DNA from: Candidatus Falkowbacteria bacterium
Lineage (GTDB): Bacteria; Patescibacteriota; Patescibacteriia; Patescibacteriales; UBA12075
DNA length: 64,000 nt
Direction of reading: 5' to 3'
NCBI GenBank assembly: GCA_043801965.1
Contig: JAZDLN010000028.1
Location: 22,288 to 86,287, forward strand
Below the pieces are notes generated by a model. That model was not told where the DNA came from, made no database searches, and saw only the letters and a list, made by a program, of their open reading frames with translations. A program made the translations under genes and the position numbers. Shown here piece after piece: positions 44,401 to 52,458 of the stretch (the stretch's first letter is position 1; each line of letters starts with the position of its first letter).

Positions 44401-47400
44401 ATGTCATACAACCTTCACGGCGCCGATCTTCCCGAGAACATGCGGGAAACGGAAAGGCCGTTGGTCATTACCCTCTCCGCGGAGAGAGAGCGTGAATTGG
44501 AAGAACTCTTAACCCTGTGGGATTTCGACACCATGAAATTCCTTAAAGGCTATCTCACGGCCCACCTGGCGCGATGTAAAAAGCGACCGGGTTGGCGCGA
44601 TAGATTCGCCGTCAAAAAGGAATTGAAGCTGAATTTGCTTAAAAAGCCGCCGGTTTTTTTGGATCAGGAAGAGAGGTTCAGGGAAACGGGGGAAAAGAAC
44701 GCGGCCAAGGCATTCGAGAAGATTTTCGTCGAGGAATTGAATTTCTCCGATACGGCCTATCTCCTGGACCGGACCAGAAAGGAAACCGCCAACGAGGTCG
44801 TACCGGAAGAGCTGGTCGATCTCCTGCGAAAATCATTCTGGGTCCATCTTAAAAAAGAAAAGATCTCCGTTCCGGGCGTTCCGTTAAAGCCTTTCTTTCT
44901 GTTCGTCGGTCCGACCGGTTCCGGCAAGACCCATACGGTCAAAGCCGCCATCGAGCAGGCGATTTTCGACAATCGTCTGATCATTGAACGGGATCCGGAC
45001 GAAGAAAGGGCGGAGATCGTAAAAAAATACGCTTATCTGAAAATCCCATTGGCCGGACTGATCGCGCCTCCGAAGGAGCTTATCGAACTTGATAAGCGGA
45101 TCGAGCGCGATAAGACGCGGATGAAACTGCTGAAGCGCCTCGGGAAAAAATACTGGAGAAAATACGCGTCCCGAAAGCTTAAGGAGATGGAAGACAGCTG
45201 TCCCGGCCGGTCGGACGATTGCTTTACCCGTGAATCTTACGTTGTAAGCTACCGCAGCATAGTTCCGAGCGACGTGGCCACCGCCCTGCACGGAGAAACG
45301 GGAAACCTTTTCCGGCGGGCGATGCGTCCCGAGGACAAGCCGACGATCAGGCATCTCGAGGAAGCGCACGCCATCCTTGTCAAAAACGACAAGCGCCATG
45401 ACGGCGCCGCTGATCCGCAGAACCGCAGCCTGTCGACCGCCGTTAACGTGGTCCTGGACGAAATATCCGACGGAAAAAGGGAATGCCTGCTTATCGCGGA
45501 CACCCACAGCCCGGGCGATATCGCGCCGGACATATTCCGCCGCTTTGACGAGATGGGCAGGGTCATAGACGTTTCGGAATACTGGAAAAACACGGAATGC
45601 CTGGAGAAGCTTATCGCCCTCGAAGCCAGACAGCACAAAGTGCGCCCGGAGGACGAAGCGCTAAAACAGATCACGAAAAGAGTGGCCTCTATCTTCAGCA
45701 ACAAAGGGATCACGATCACCCCGTCTTACGTGCGAAAACTGATCGCTTCCGTGATCGAGGCCAAAGACGACCTTAAGATCGGATATTTCCATGACGAACT
45801 ACTGGTCAGGGATTCATTCAAGAACGTAGCCCGGAATTCCCACGGGGATTTTTTCGGAAAGATCGTCAGAAGCCCGAAAACCGAAGACGGTTTTTCCTGG
45901 GAAGATTACCAGGGGGAAAGGGTAAAGCTCGACTTCGCGGAAAAACTTCTCTCGACCGCTTTTTACGGCGGAGATTCCAAGGGCGTCGTGCTTACCGGTC
46001 CGGCCGGATCGGGTAAGACCTTTTTGACCCAGGTCGTGGCCGCCGCCAATCCGCAGATCAGCTGCCTTATCGTCAAGATGGACGACCTCTATAAAGCGGG
46101 ACAGGGCTACGAAGGCATAATCTCGGCCCTGGACGATACCTATAATATCGCCAGGATGCTCGCCCCCTCGCTGGTCGTCATAAACGAGGGCGACGCTCTG
46201 GCAAAAAGGCGCAACACCCAGGCCTCCGACCCGTCGGACAAGATCACCAATAAATTCCTCGATATCTTAGACGGCGAACAAAGCATTAAAGGGGTTTTCA
46301 CGGTTCTGACCACGAATTTGCTGGAAAACATGGATCCGGCGATAGTCAGGCCCGGCCGCCTCGAGATCATGAATATCGACGGGAAGCTTAAGGAAGGGGA
46401 GATTTATAACATCATCCGCAAGAAACTGGCCAAAGAGCCGAGGTCGGCCGAGGTTACCGACAGGGAAATTTACGTGACCGCCAAGAGCATCAGCAATATT
46501 CCGGCCGGTTACGCCGATTTCGCTGAAAAGCTCATGGATTCGCGGAGGCTGGAATTCGAGATCATCCAGGCTTACCGGAAGACCTTCAACGATGAGCCGG
46601 CTAAGATCAACGATTTCATCCTCTATAACGCCAAAAGCGTGATGCGGATACTCGAAGCCATCGATTTCGATCCTAAAGTCATCAGCCGGGCAAAAAAAGA
46701 TATTCAGGCGCTGTTCGAGCACAAGGAAGATATTTACCGCCTCCTCGAAAAAATCGGGGATTCTAAGGATTACGAGCTTAAACTGTCCCACCTGGTGAAC
46801 GCCAAAGCCGATATCATGAAAAACCCCCTAAAGCAGGGATTCAAAGCTTTGGACGAATTTCTGAAAGATGAATTATCGGACACGCCCCAGGTAGGGAAGA
46901 TCTGCGGCGCCGCTTACGGCAACAATACCGGTCTGCTTGTGCCGATAAATACCAACCTCGTGCCGAGGTCCGGCGAAAGCGGAAACGTTTTCGTGACCGG
47001 CGCCATCAAGGGGCCGATCACCCAGGAAGATCATTCGGAGATGACCCTGCAGTCGGCCGACGAGGCTTTAACGCTGAACGCGCATTATTTTCAGAATATC
47101 CTCGCCTCCGATCCGCGCTGCCGGCATATCGATGCCGCCGCGATAATGGGAAAGATCCTCAAAAACCGCCGGATCCACCACCAGATCGTGACGGTAAATT
47201 ACCAGGGCGGCGGTCCGAGCGCCGGTTTCGCCCTGGCGATCAACACCTTGTCCGTACTTTTAAATATCCGGGTTTACCACGATTTCGGCATCACGGGCGC
47301 TCCCGGCACGAGAGGGAAAAGCGGGGACAAGGCCGGCTCTTCGGTCATGATCGGGGGCGAGGACAAAAAAACCGAGAGAGTGCTCATTGATCTTGACCGG

Positions 47401-47778
47401 ATGTACGTTCCGGCCAAGAATTTCACGATTCCCCTGGAACAGCAGGAAGCTTATTGGGAGGAAGGCAAGATCGTTCTGCCGGTTTACGACTACAGCGATC
47501 TTATCCCGGAAGTGCTCCATCTCGATGCCACCCGAACCTTGGTCAAAGATCTGATCGCGAAACGCATCGATCTTAATAAAAAATCTATCTTCGAGTCCGA
47601 GGAAAAGCTCGCGGGCGCGAGGACGGAGATCTCCGGGATCGAAAAGACCCTTAAAACCGGGGTTGAATTCGAGATCAGGCGCCGATTGGTCTCCTACTAT
47701 AATTTTTTCGTGAGCCCGGAATGCGACGAATACGCCAGCATCGGGCATATTCTCGAGAAACACGACTCGCTCAGATAG
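44401..47778 (+). CDS. Tandem AAA+ ATPase fused to a Lon (S16)-type protease domain (1125 aa)
   Basis: Walker A 1 GPTGSGKT (nt 44908-44931). Walker A 2 GPAGSGKT (nt 45997-46020), with LVVINEGDAL, TTNLLENMDPAIVRPGRLE (sensor 1 and Arg finger, classical AAA clade). C-terminal GGGPSAGFALAI (Ser codon 47218-47220) and IGGEDKK (Lon Ser-Lys dyad context). Starts 2 nt after the SPFH stop. Confidence 0.8.
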   Translation: MSYNLHGADLPENMRETERPLVITLSAERERELEELLTLWDFDTMKFLKGYLTAHLARCKKRPGWRDRFAVKKELKLNLLKKPPVFLDQEERFRETGEKNAAKAFEKIFVEELNFSDTAYLLDRTRKETANEVVPEELVDLLRKSFWVHLKKEKISVPGVPLKPFFLFVGPTGSGKTHTVKAAIEQAIFDNRLIIERDPDEERAEIVKKYAYLKIPLAGLIAPPKELIELDKRIERDKTRMKLLKRLGKKYWRKYASRKLKEMEDSCPGRSDDCFTRESYVVSYRSIVPSDVATALHGETGNLFRRAMRPEDKPTIRHLEEAHAILVKNDKRHDGAADPQNRSLSTAVNVVLDEISDGKRECLLIADTHSPGDIAPDIFRRFDEMGRVIDVSEYWKNTECLEKLIALEARQHKVRPEDEALKQITKRVASIFSNKGITITPSYVRKLIASVIEAKDDLKIGYFHDELLVRDSFKNVARNSHGDFFGKIVRSPKTEDGFSWEDYQGERVKLDFAEKLLSTAFYGGDSKGVVLTGPAGSGKTFLTQVVAAANPQISCLIVKMDDLYKAGQGYEGIISALDDTYNIARMLAPSLVVINEGDALAKRRNTQASDPSDKITNKFLDILDGEQSIKGVFTVLTTNLLENMDPAIVRPGRLEIMNIDGKLKEGEIYNIIRKKLAKEPRSAEVTDREIYVTAKSISNIPAGYADFAEKLMDSRRLEFEIIQAYRKTFNDEPAKINDFILYNAKSVMRILEAIDFDPKVISRAKKDIQALFEHKEDIYRLLEKIGDSKDYELKLSHLVNAKADIMKNPLKQGFKALDEFLKDELSDTPQVGKICGAAYGNNTGLLVPINTNLVPRSGESGNVFVTGAIKGPITQEDHSEMTLQSADEALTLNAHYFQNILASDPRCRHIDAAAIMGKILKNRRIHHQIVTVNYQGGGPSAGFALAINTLSVLLNIRVYHDFGITGAPGTRGKSGDKAGSSVMIGGEDKKTERVLIDLDRMYVPAKNFTIPLEQQEAYWEEGKIVLPVYDYSDLIPEVLHLDATRTLVKDLIAKRIDLNKKSIFESEEKLAGARTEISGIEKTLKTGVEFEIRRRLVSYYNFFVSPECDEYASIGHILEKHDSLR

Positions 47779-47802
47779 CGGGCATTTTAAAAAAATAAAA
47801 AT

Positions 47803-47829
47803 CCACCGGATAAATCGGTGGTTTTTTTT
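47803..47829. terminator. Bidirectional terminator between convergent genes
   Basis: CCACCG-GATAAAT-CGGTGG with an A-run upstream and T8 downstream. Confidence 0.7.
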
Positions 47830-47878
47830 CTGATCGATTAAAAAATCCCGCCTGATTAAAGCCGGGATTGGTTATTAT

Positions 47879-48643
47879 TTACAGATTACGGATCTTTTCC
47901 TGGGTGGCGAAATATTCGCGCAGGCAGTTGCCGCAACGGTGGCAGGCGGTCGTGCCGAGTTCGCCCTCGATCTTGCCGCAGGAATAGACCCATCGATTGT
48001 TGGGATCGAAGTATTTTCCGCCCCGCATGATCTTGCGCCAGCCGGCGGTGGTTATGGCCCAGTAAGAATTAAGGGTCCTTTGCCGGTAGATGTAATGTTT
48101 TTTGTGCTGAGCCGGAATCGAATCTTCGTCGTAGTGGGCCATGAAAGTCAACACAATCGGAATATTCCGTTCGGAATAATATTCAATGCATTTCTGCATG
48201 ATATGCCGGTTCCAGAAATTAGTCCGGAAGCGCACGAACATCAGATTCCGGGGAATGGGATCAAGCGCGTGGAAACTCTTGTCCGTCATTTCCCCTCGGT
48301 TGACGGTCAGTACGACCGGGCGCATCTGACCGTTGACTTTGAAACCCTCAAGATCATGCGGAAAGGATGTGTTGAAGAAAAAGTCTTCATAACCATATTT
48401 TTCGACCATGGAGAGGACCAGATCGCGGTGCTCGTTCGAGTCGTTGCCGTCGTTCACCCGGATAACCCGGCCGCGCGCCTCTTCGGGCGAGGGCATATTG
48501 GGGAGATTTTCGGAGAGCGGTTCGAGATAAGAGCGTCCGCTCTGAAAAAAACAGTCTTTGCAGCGGCCGGAACAGGTTCCGGTCTGTGGAATACAGCATA
48601 TAATGCCACTGCCGCGGGTTTTGGGGTTTTCTTTGTAGGGCAT
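47879..48643 (-). CDS. Putative Fe-S / radical-SAM-like protein (CX3CX2C), function unknown
   Basis: N-terminal CSGRCKDCFF (CxxxCxxC followed by an aromatic residue) and a C-terminal CHRCGNC cluster. I do not recognise a family. Confidence 0.45.
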   Translation of the reverse strand: MPYKENPKTRGSGIICCIPQTGTCSGRCKDCFFQSGRSYLEPLSENLPNMPSPEEARGRVIRVNDGNDSNEHRDLVLSMVEKYGYEDFFFNTSFPHDLEGFKVNGQMRPVVLTVNRGEMTDKSFHALDPIPRNLMFVRFRTNFWNRHIMQKCIEYYSERNIPIVLTFMAHYDEDSIPAQHKKHYIYRQRTLNSYWAITTAGWRKIMRGGKYFDPNNRWVYSCGKIEGELGTTACHRCGNCLREYFATQEKIRNL

Positions 48644-48652
48644 TTTTCCTCC

Positions 48653-49030
48653 TTAGCGGTCGGTGTTTTTGAGAAAGTTTTCGACTCTGGCTTTAAGAAG
48701 AAGGTAACGTTGCATGGTATCGGCTTTTTTCGCTCCGGCGCTTTCGAACATGTATGTCCGGCAGCGGGTGCCGTCTTCGCAGATTTCTGTTTCCGGCCCG
48801 AATTGGGCGATGGTCAGGTCGATTTTTTCGCGGCCGATCTTATTCCAGTAATGATGGGCGTGGTCGCAATAAGCTATTTTTCCGCCGCGATAATCCTGTA
48901 TAACCAGGGCGGTAACGGCGCATTGGCCGAAAGAAGGGTGATTACGCTCCCATTCGTCCTTTAAAGGCGGATAACAGGTGTCCTTTCCCCAGGAAGCCTC
49001 GATAGCGTCGCGCAGGATATTAAGATCCAT
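48653..49030 (-). CDS. YunG-like small protein
   Basis: SWGKDTCYPP...NHPSFGQCAVTALVIQDYRGGKI...HYWNKI...DLTIAQF resembles the YunG family as I remember it. Sits 9 nt upstream of the CX3CX2C gene. Confidence 0.45.
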   Translation of the reverse strand: MDLNILRDAIEASWGKDTCYPPLKDEWERNHPSFGQCAVTALVIQDYRGGKIAYCDHAHHYWNKIGREKIDLTIAQFGPETEICEDGTRCRTYMFESAGAKKADTMQRYLLLKARVENFLKNTDR

Positions 49031-49241
49031 TTTTTCTCCTTCTGGCCTTATTTTTCGGTTTTTAAGAACAAAAAAAAGAGTTTCCCTCCCTTTTTCTTTA
49101 AAATTTTTAAATCTCTTGGGTTAATTTTAGCAAAGCCAACTGAAAATGTAAAACAAAAAAAGCCAGAGGCCGCCCTTGTCAAACTTTAGAGTTTATGATA
49201 TGTTATTATTGTCTTTTAAAAGGCATTTTTTTATAAAAAAC

Positions 49242-49324
49242 GGGTCGGTACCAAAGCGGTCAACTGGGTCAGACTGTAAATCTGATGCTTCACAGCTTCG
49301 TTGGTTCGAATCCAACCCGGCCCA
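49242..49324 (+). tRNA. tRNA-Tyr (anticodon GUA), long variable arm, no encoded CCA
   Basis: Acceptor GGGTCGG/CCGGCCC (one G-U pair), anticodon arm TCAGA-CTGTAAA-TCTGA, variable arm TGCTTCACAGCTTC, T-arm GTTGG-TTCGAAT-CCAAC, discriminator A. Confidence 0.88.
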
Positions 49325-49367
49325 CAAATAAAATACAGCGCCCACAGCGCTGTGTTTTATTTGCGGG
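49318..49367 (+). repeat. Direct repeat A (tRNA-Tyr 3' end + terminator hairpin)
   Basis: CGGCCCACAA...AAATACAGCGCCCACAGCGCTGTGTTTTATTTGCGGG. The 37-nt core 49331-49367 differs at 2 positions from 51103-51139. Confidence 0.85.
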
Positions 49368-49446
49368 TGTAACTTGCGTTTTTTTTGATATAAAAGCTTA
49401 ATTTTGTTATAATATTAAACATAGAATAATAAAATTAATAAAATTT

Positions 49447-50526
49447 ATGTCATTTAATAAAAAATTAGTAAGTTATCTGAATTCCTGGGTAGAGAAAAGC
49501 ATAATCACCTCGGAACAAAGAGCGTTAATGCTTGAGGATTTGAGCCACGAATCGGTCACTGGCAAACTTTTTAAAATTTTTGCCGTCATCGGAGCCTTAT
49601 TTATCGGTATCGGTATAATTTTGATGATTTCAAGTAATTGGGAATATCTACCGAAAATCGTGAAGTTAGTTTTGATTTTAGCCATGCCGATAGTATCTTT
49701 GGGTGGTGGCGTTTATTTAAGCCAGACCAAGCCGGATTACATAAAGATAGGCGATGCTTTAATAATTGTAGGCACCCTTTTAATCGGTGCTTCAATCGCT
49801 TTGCTGGGGCAATTATATCACCTTGACGGTTCAATCAGCGGGTTGCTTCTTTGGTGGTTCATATTGTCGCTACCCGTAATGCTCCTGTTTCGTTTTCGCG
49901 TTTTGGCCGCAATTTCCATAAGTCTGCTTTACGGCTGTGTATTTGCTTTTATTACTGATGACAGAACATTAATGAGAAATGAACAGTTGGTAGTTTGGAC
50001 ATTCACCTTGCTTTCTTTGGGAATAATCGTGTTAAGTGAAATTATCAAAAGAATTCCGAATTTTGCATCATTCTCACGGGTTTTATCAATGTTTCAGATA
50101 GTATCATTAAAGGTTCTATTCTTTGCGTTGTTTATCGGCACTATTGATGATGGCAATTTTGCTTTACTTGGCGATTCAGGCGGATCTTTGGTTTTACAAA
50201 ATTTTCTATTTTTAGGCGTTGTATTTTCCGTAATGTGGTACGCAAACAAAAATTATAACCTAGTTCTCAGACATTCAACTTTTGCCTGGCTGGCTCTATA
50301 CATGATAGTACAGTATTTTGCTTTGTTTTTGGATTATATGGAAACCGGTATATTTTTTGTGATTTTTGGAGTTTTTCTTTTGGCGCTGGTATACGCTTAC
50401 ATAAAAATAACCAAACACATCGATCAGGTAAGGAAGCAAGCCTATCAAGACGCAGGTCAATCCCGGGAACAATATAAAAACGATACTAACTTATTAGAAA
50501 AATATGGAAAACAAAACGATCAATAA
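49447..50526 (+). CDS. DUF2157-like multi-pass membrane protein
   Basis: N-terminal LNSWVEKSIITSEQRALMLEDL followed by about 10 TM helices. Usual partner of GDYXXLXY proteins. Confidence 0.6.
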   Translation: MSFNKKLVSYLNSWVEKSIITSEQRALMLEDLSHESVTGKLFKIFAVIGALFIGIGIILMISSNWEYLPKIVKLVLILAMPIVSLGGGVYLSQTKPDYIKIGDALIIVGTLLIGASIALLGQLYHLDGSISGLLLWWFILSLPVMLLFRFRVLAAISISLLYGCVFAFITDDRTLMRNEQLVVWTFTLLSLGIIVLSEIIKRIPNFASFSRVLSMFQIVSLKVLFFALFIGTIDDGNFALLGDSGGSLVLQNFLFLGVVFSVMWYANKNYNLVLRHSTFAWLALYMIVQYFALFLDYMETGIFFVIFGVFLLALVYAYIKITKHIDQVRKQAYQDAGQSREQYKNDTNLLEKYGKQNDQ

Positions 50527-51043
50527 AAAAATATTATTTACGGTTCTTGGATTGATTTTTTTAGTCTTTTTAGGGTTGATTTTAGTAAACGAATACAAAC
50601 TTAATGCCGGTGAAGAAGTAATTCTTTTAACCAGGCCGGTAGACCCGCGTGACTATCTGCGGGGTGATTACGTGATTTTATCTTATCAGATTGAGACCGA
50701 TGAAAAAGTCACGAATTTCATCAAAGAGAATAAACTTGATCGGGGCGACAGTCTTTATGTTGTATTAAAAAAGAATGAAGAAAATATCGGGGAAGTTGAA
50801 AAGGTTCTGCGTAATAAGCCTGAAGACGGGCAAATATTTATCAAGGGAACGATAGAAGAGGATTTTAGAACTATCATTGATCTGGGTATTGGAAAGTATT
50901 TTGTTCCGGAGGGCAGGGGAAGAGAAATTGAAAGACTTAGTGGCAATCTGGAAGTAATGGTAAATATCACATCAGGCGGAGAAGCAAAAATAAAAGGAAT
51001 ATACGACAAAGGGGAGCTGATCGATTTTAAGGAAAAGAACTAG
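50504..51043 (+). CDS. GDYXXLXY-domain protein
   Basis: Contains RPVDPRDYLRGDYVILSY (the literal GDYxxLxY motif) after an N-terminal TM. 23-nt overlap with the upstream gene. Confidence 0.75.
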   Translation: MENKTINKKILFTVLGLIFLVFLGLILVNEYKLNAGEEVILLTRPVDPRDYLRGDYVILSYQIETDEKVTNFIKENKLDRGDSLYVVLKKNEENIGEVEKVLRNKPEDGQIFIKGTIEEDFRTIIDLGIGKYFVPEGRGREIERLSGNLEVMVNITSGGEAKIKGIYDKGELIDFKEKN

Positions 51044-51091
51044 GGGGGATAAAATATTATATATTTGATTTTTAAACCGCTTTAACCAATT

Positions 51092-51139
51092 CGGCCACAA
51101 GGAAATACAGCGTCCAAAGCGCTGTGTTTTATTTGCGGG
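51092..51139 (+). repeat. Direct repeat B (partial copy of the tRNA-Tyr 3' end + terminator hairpin)
   Basis: CGGCCACAAGGAAATACAGCGTCCAAAGCGCTGTGTTTTATTTGCGGG. See repeat A. Confidence 0.85.
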
Positions 51140-51214
51140 CGCCCGATAAATATGGCCTGAAATATCGGGCTTATTTATAAAAACGCGGTAATCTGCTATA
51201 ATTAAATCAAACAT

Positions 51215-52402
51215 ATGAGCATTTATATTTTATCTTATCTTCATTTTCTGACTTTTGTCATTTATCTGTTTTTGACCGTTTATCTGGTTTATAAGTCCCA
51301 CAAGTCTCCCCTAAACTGGTCTTGCGCGCTTTTTACCTTTTGCCTGGCGATGTGGAGCGCCGGTTTTTCGGTTTTTCATCATCCGCAGACCCCGGAGCCG
51401 GCGGCCGATTTAGTCATGAAAATTTTTTCTTTTACCCCCTATGCCGTTACCAGCTGTATTTTATTGTTCACGCTTGTTTTTGTCAATAAAAAAAGCCGGA
51501 CATTGAAAAATCCGTTTTTTTATTTTTTACTGATCGTGTTTCCGGCGATATTCACCTACCAGACCTGGATCAATAACATGATGGCGCCGGTAAAGCGGCT
51601 TTACGGCTGGGACTTTGTCTGGACGCAATCTTTTTACGTGTATTTATATTTTTTCCAGTACGCCGTATTTATTACGATCTCCGCCGTTTTACTGATTCGG
51701 GCGTATCGGCGCACGGCTGATTTCGGCCGCCGGACGCAGATACTCTGGATCTTGATTCCGACCATGATCGTCTATTTGATCGGAACGGTCACGAATGTTA
51801 TTTTTCCTCTTTTTAAAATAAGCGTTCCCCAGATCGCCAACATTACCTCCCTGGTCTGGGCTGGCGGGATTTTTTACGCGGTAACGAGATTTAAGCTTTT
51901 AACCGTTTCTTTTTCCGCTTATTCCGATAAGGTTATATCCATTATGGCAGAAGCTCTGATTTTACTTGATAAAAAGGATAATATAGTTAACGTCAACGAG
52001 GCGGCCATAAAATTGTGCGGCTGTTCCCTGGAGGAGGTGGCTGGAAAAAGTATATATGATTTTATAGGCAAAAAATATTTTATCCCCGATCCGGCGGAAG
52101 CAGCGGGCGGAAACATAAATAACCGGCAAATCAGGGTAAAGTGCGGCCGTCCGGAGCCGATACCGGTTCTGTTCTCATCATCTGTTTTGACCGCGAAAGG
52201 AAAGGTAATCGGTCGGATCGTGGTTTTAAACGATATCTCCCGATTGGAAGCGTCCCAAAAGCACACGGAACTTTTAAACCGGGAGCTTCAGGAAAAGATC
52301 GAGGAATTGGAAAGATTCCAGAAAATAGCCGTTAATCGCGAGTTAAGAATGATCGAACTTAAGAAGGAAATAGAAAAATTGCAGGCCGATAAAACCGTTT
52401 AA
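51215..52402 (+). CDS. 7TM sensor domain + PAS domain + coiled coil, no recognisable output domain
   Basis: Seven N-terminal TM helices of the histidine-kinase 7TM type. PAS-like AEALILLDKKDNIVNVNEAAIKLCGCSLEEVAGKSIYDFI. Ends in EELERFQKIAVNRELRMIELKKEIEKLQ without HisKA/HATPase motifs. Confidence 0.65.
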   Translation: MSIYILSYLHFLTFVIYLFLTVYLVYKSHKSPLNWSCALFTFCLAMWSAGFSVFHHPQTPEPAADLVMKIFSFTPYAVTSCILLFTLVFVNKKSRTLKNPFFYFLLIVFPAIFTYQTWINNMMAPVKRLYGWDFVWTQSFYVYLYFFQYAVFITISAVLLIRAYRRTADFGRRTQILWILIPTMIVYLIGTVTNVIFPLFKISVPQIANITSLVWAGGIFYAVTRFKLLTVSFSAYSDKVISIMAEALILLDKKDNIVNVNEAAIKLCGCSLEEVAGKSIYDFIGKKYFIPDPAEAAGGNINNRQIRVKCGRPEPIPVLFSSSVLTAKGKVIGRIVVLNDISRLEASQKHTELLNRELQEKIEELERFQKIAVNRELRMIELKKEIEKLQADKTV

Positions 52403-52458
52403 AAACGTTCGTGATTTATTAAAAAAACCGCCGCTTGAAAAAGCGCCGGTTGTTTTTT

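Larger units (their letters stand above)
49368..51091. mobile_element. AT-rich 1.7-kb insertion bracketed by direct repeats at tRNA-Tyr
   Basis: Bounded by repeats A and B. The composition is visibly lower in G+C than the flanks. It contains two overlapping membrane-protein genes and no integrase. Confidence 0.5.

Noticed and set aside
47939-48964. 341-aa plus-strand ORF opposite the CX3CX2C and YunG-like genes
   Set aside because: It spans two minus-strand genes and their spacer, has no motifs, and has a Gly/Ala/Val/Phe-rich shadow composition. The minus-strand genes have Cys-cluster motifs and tight operon spacing.
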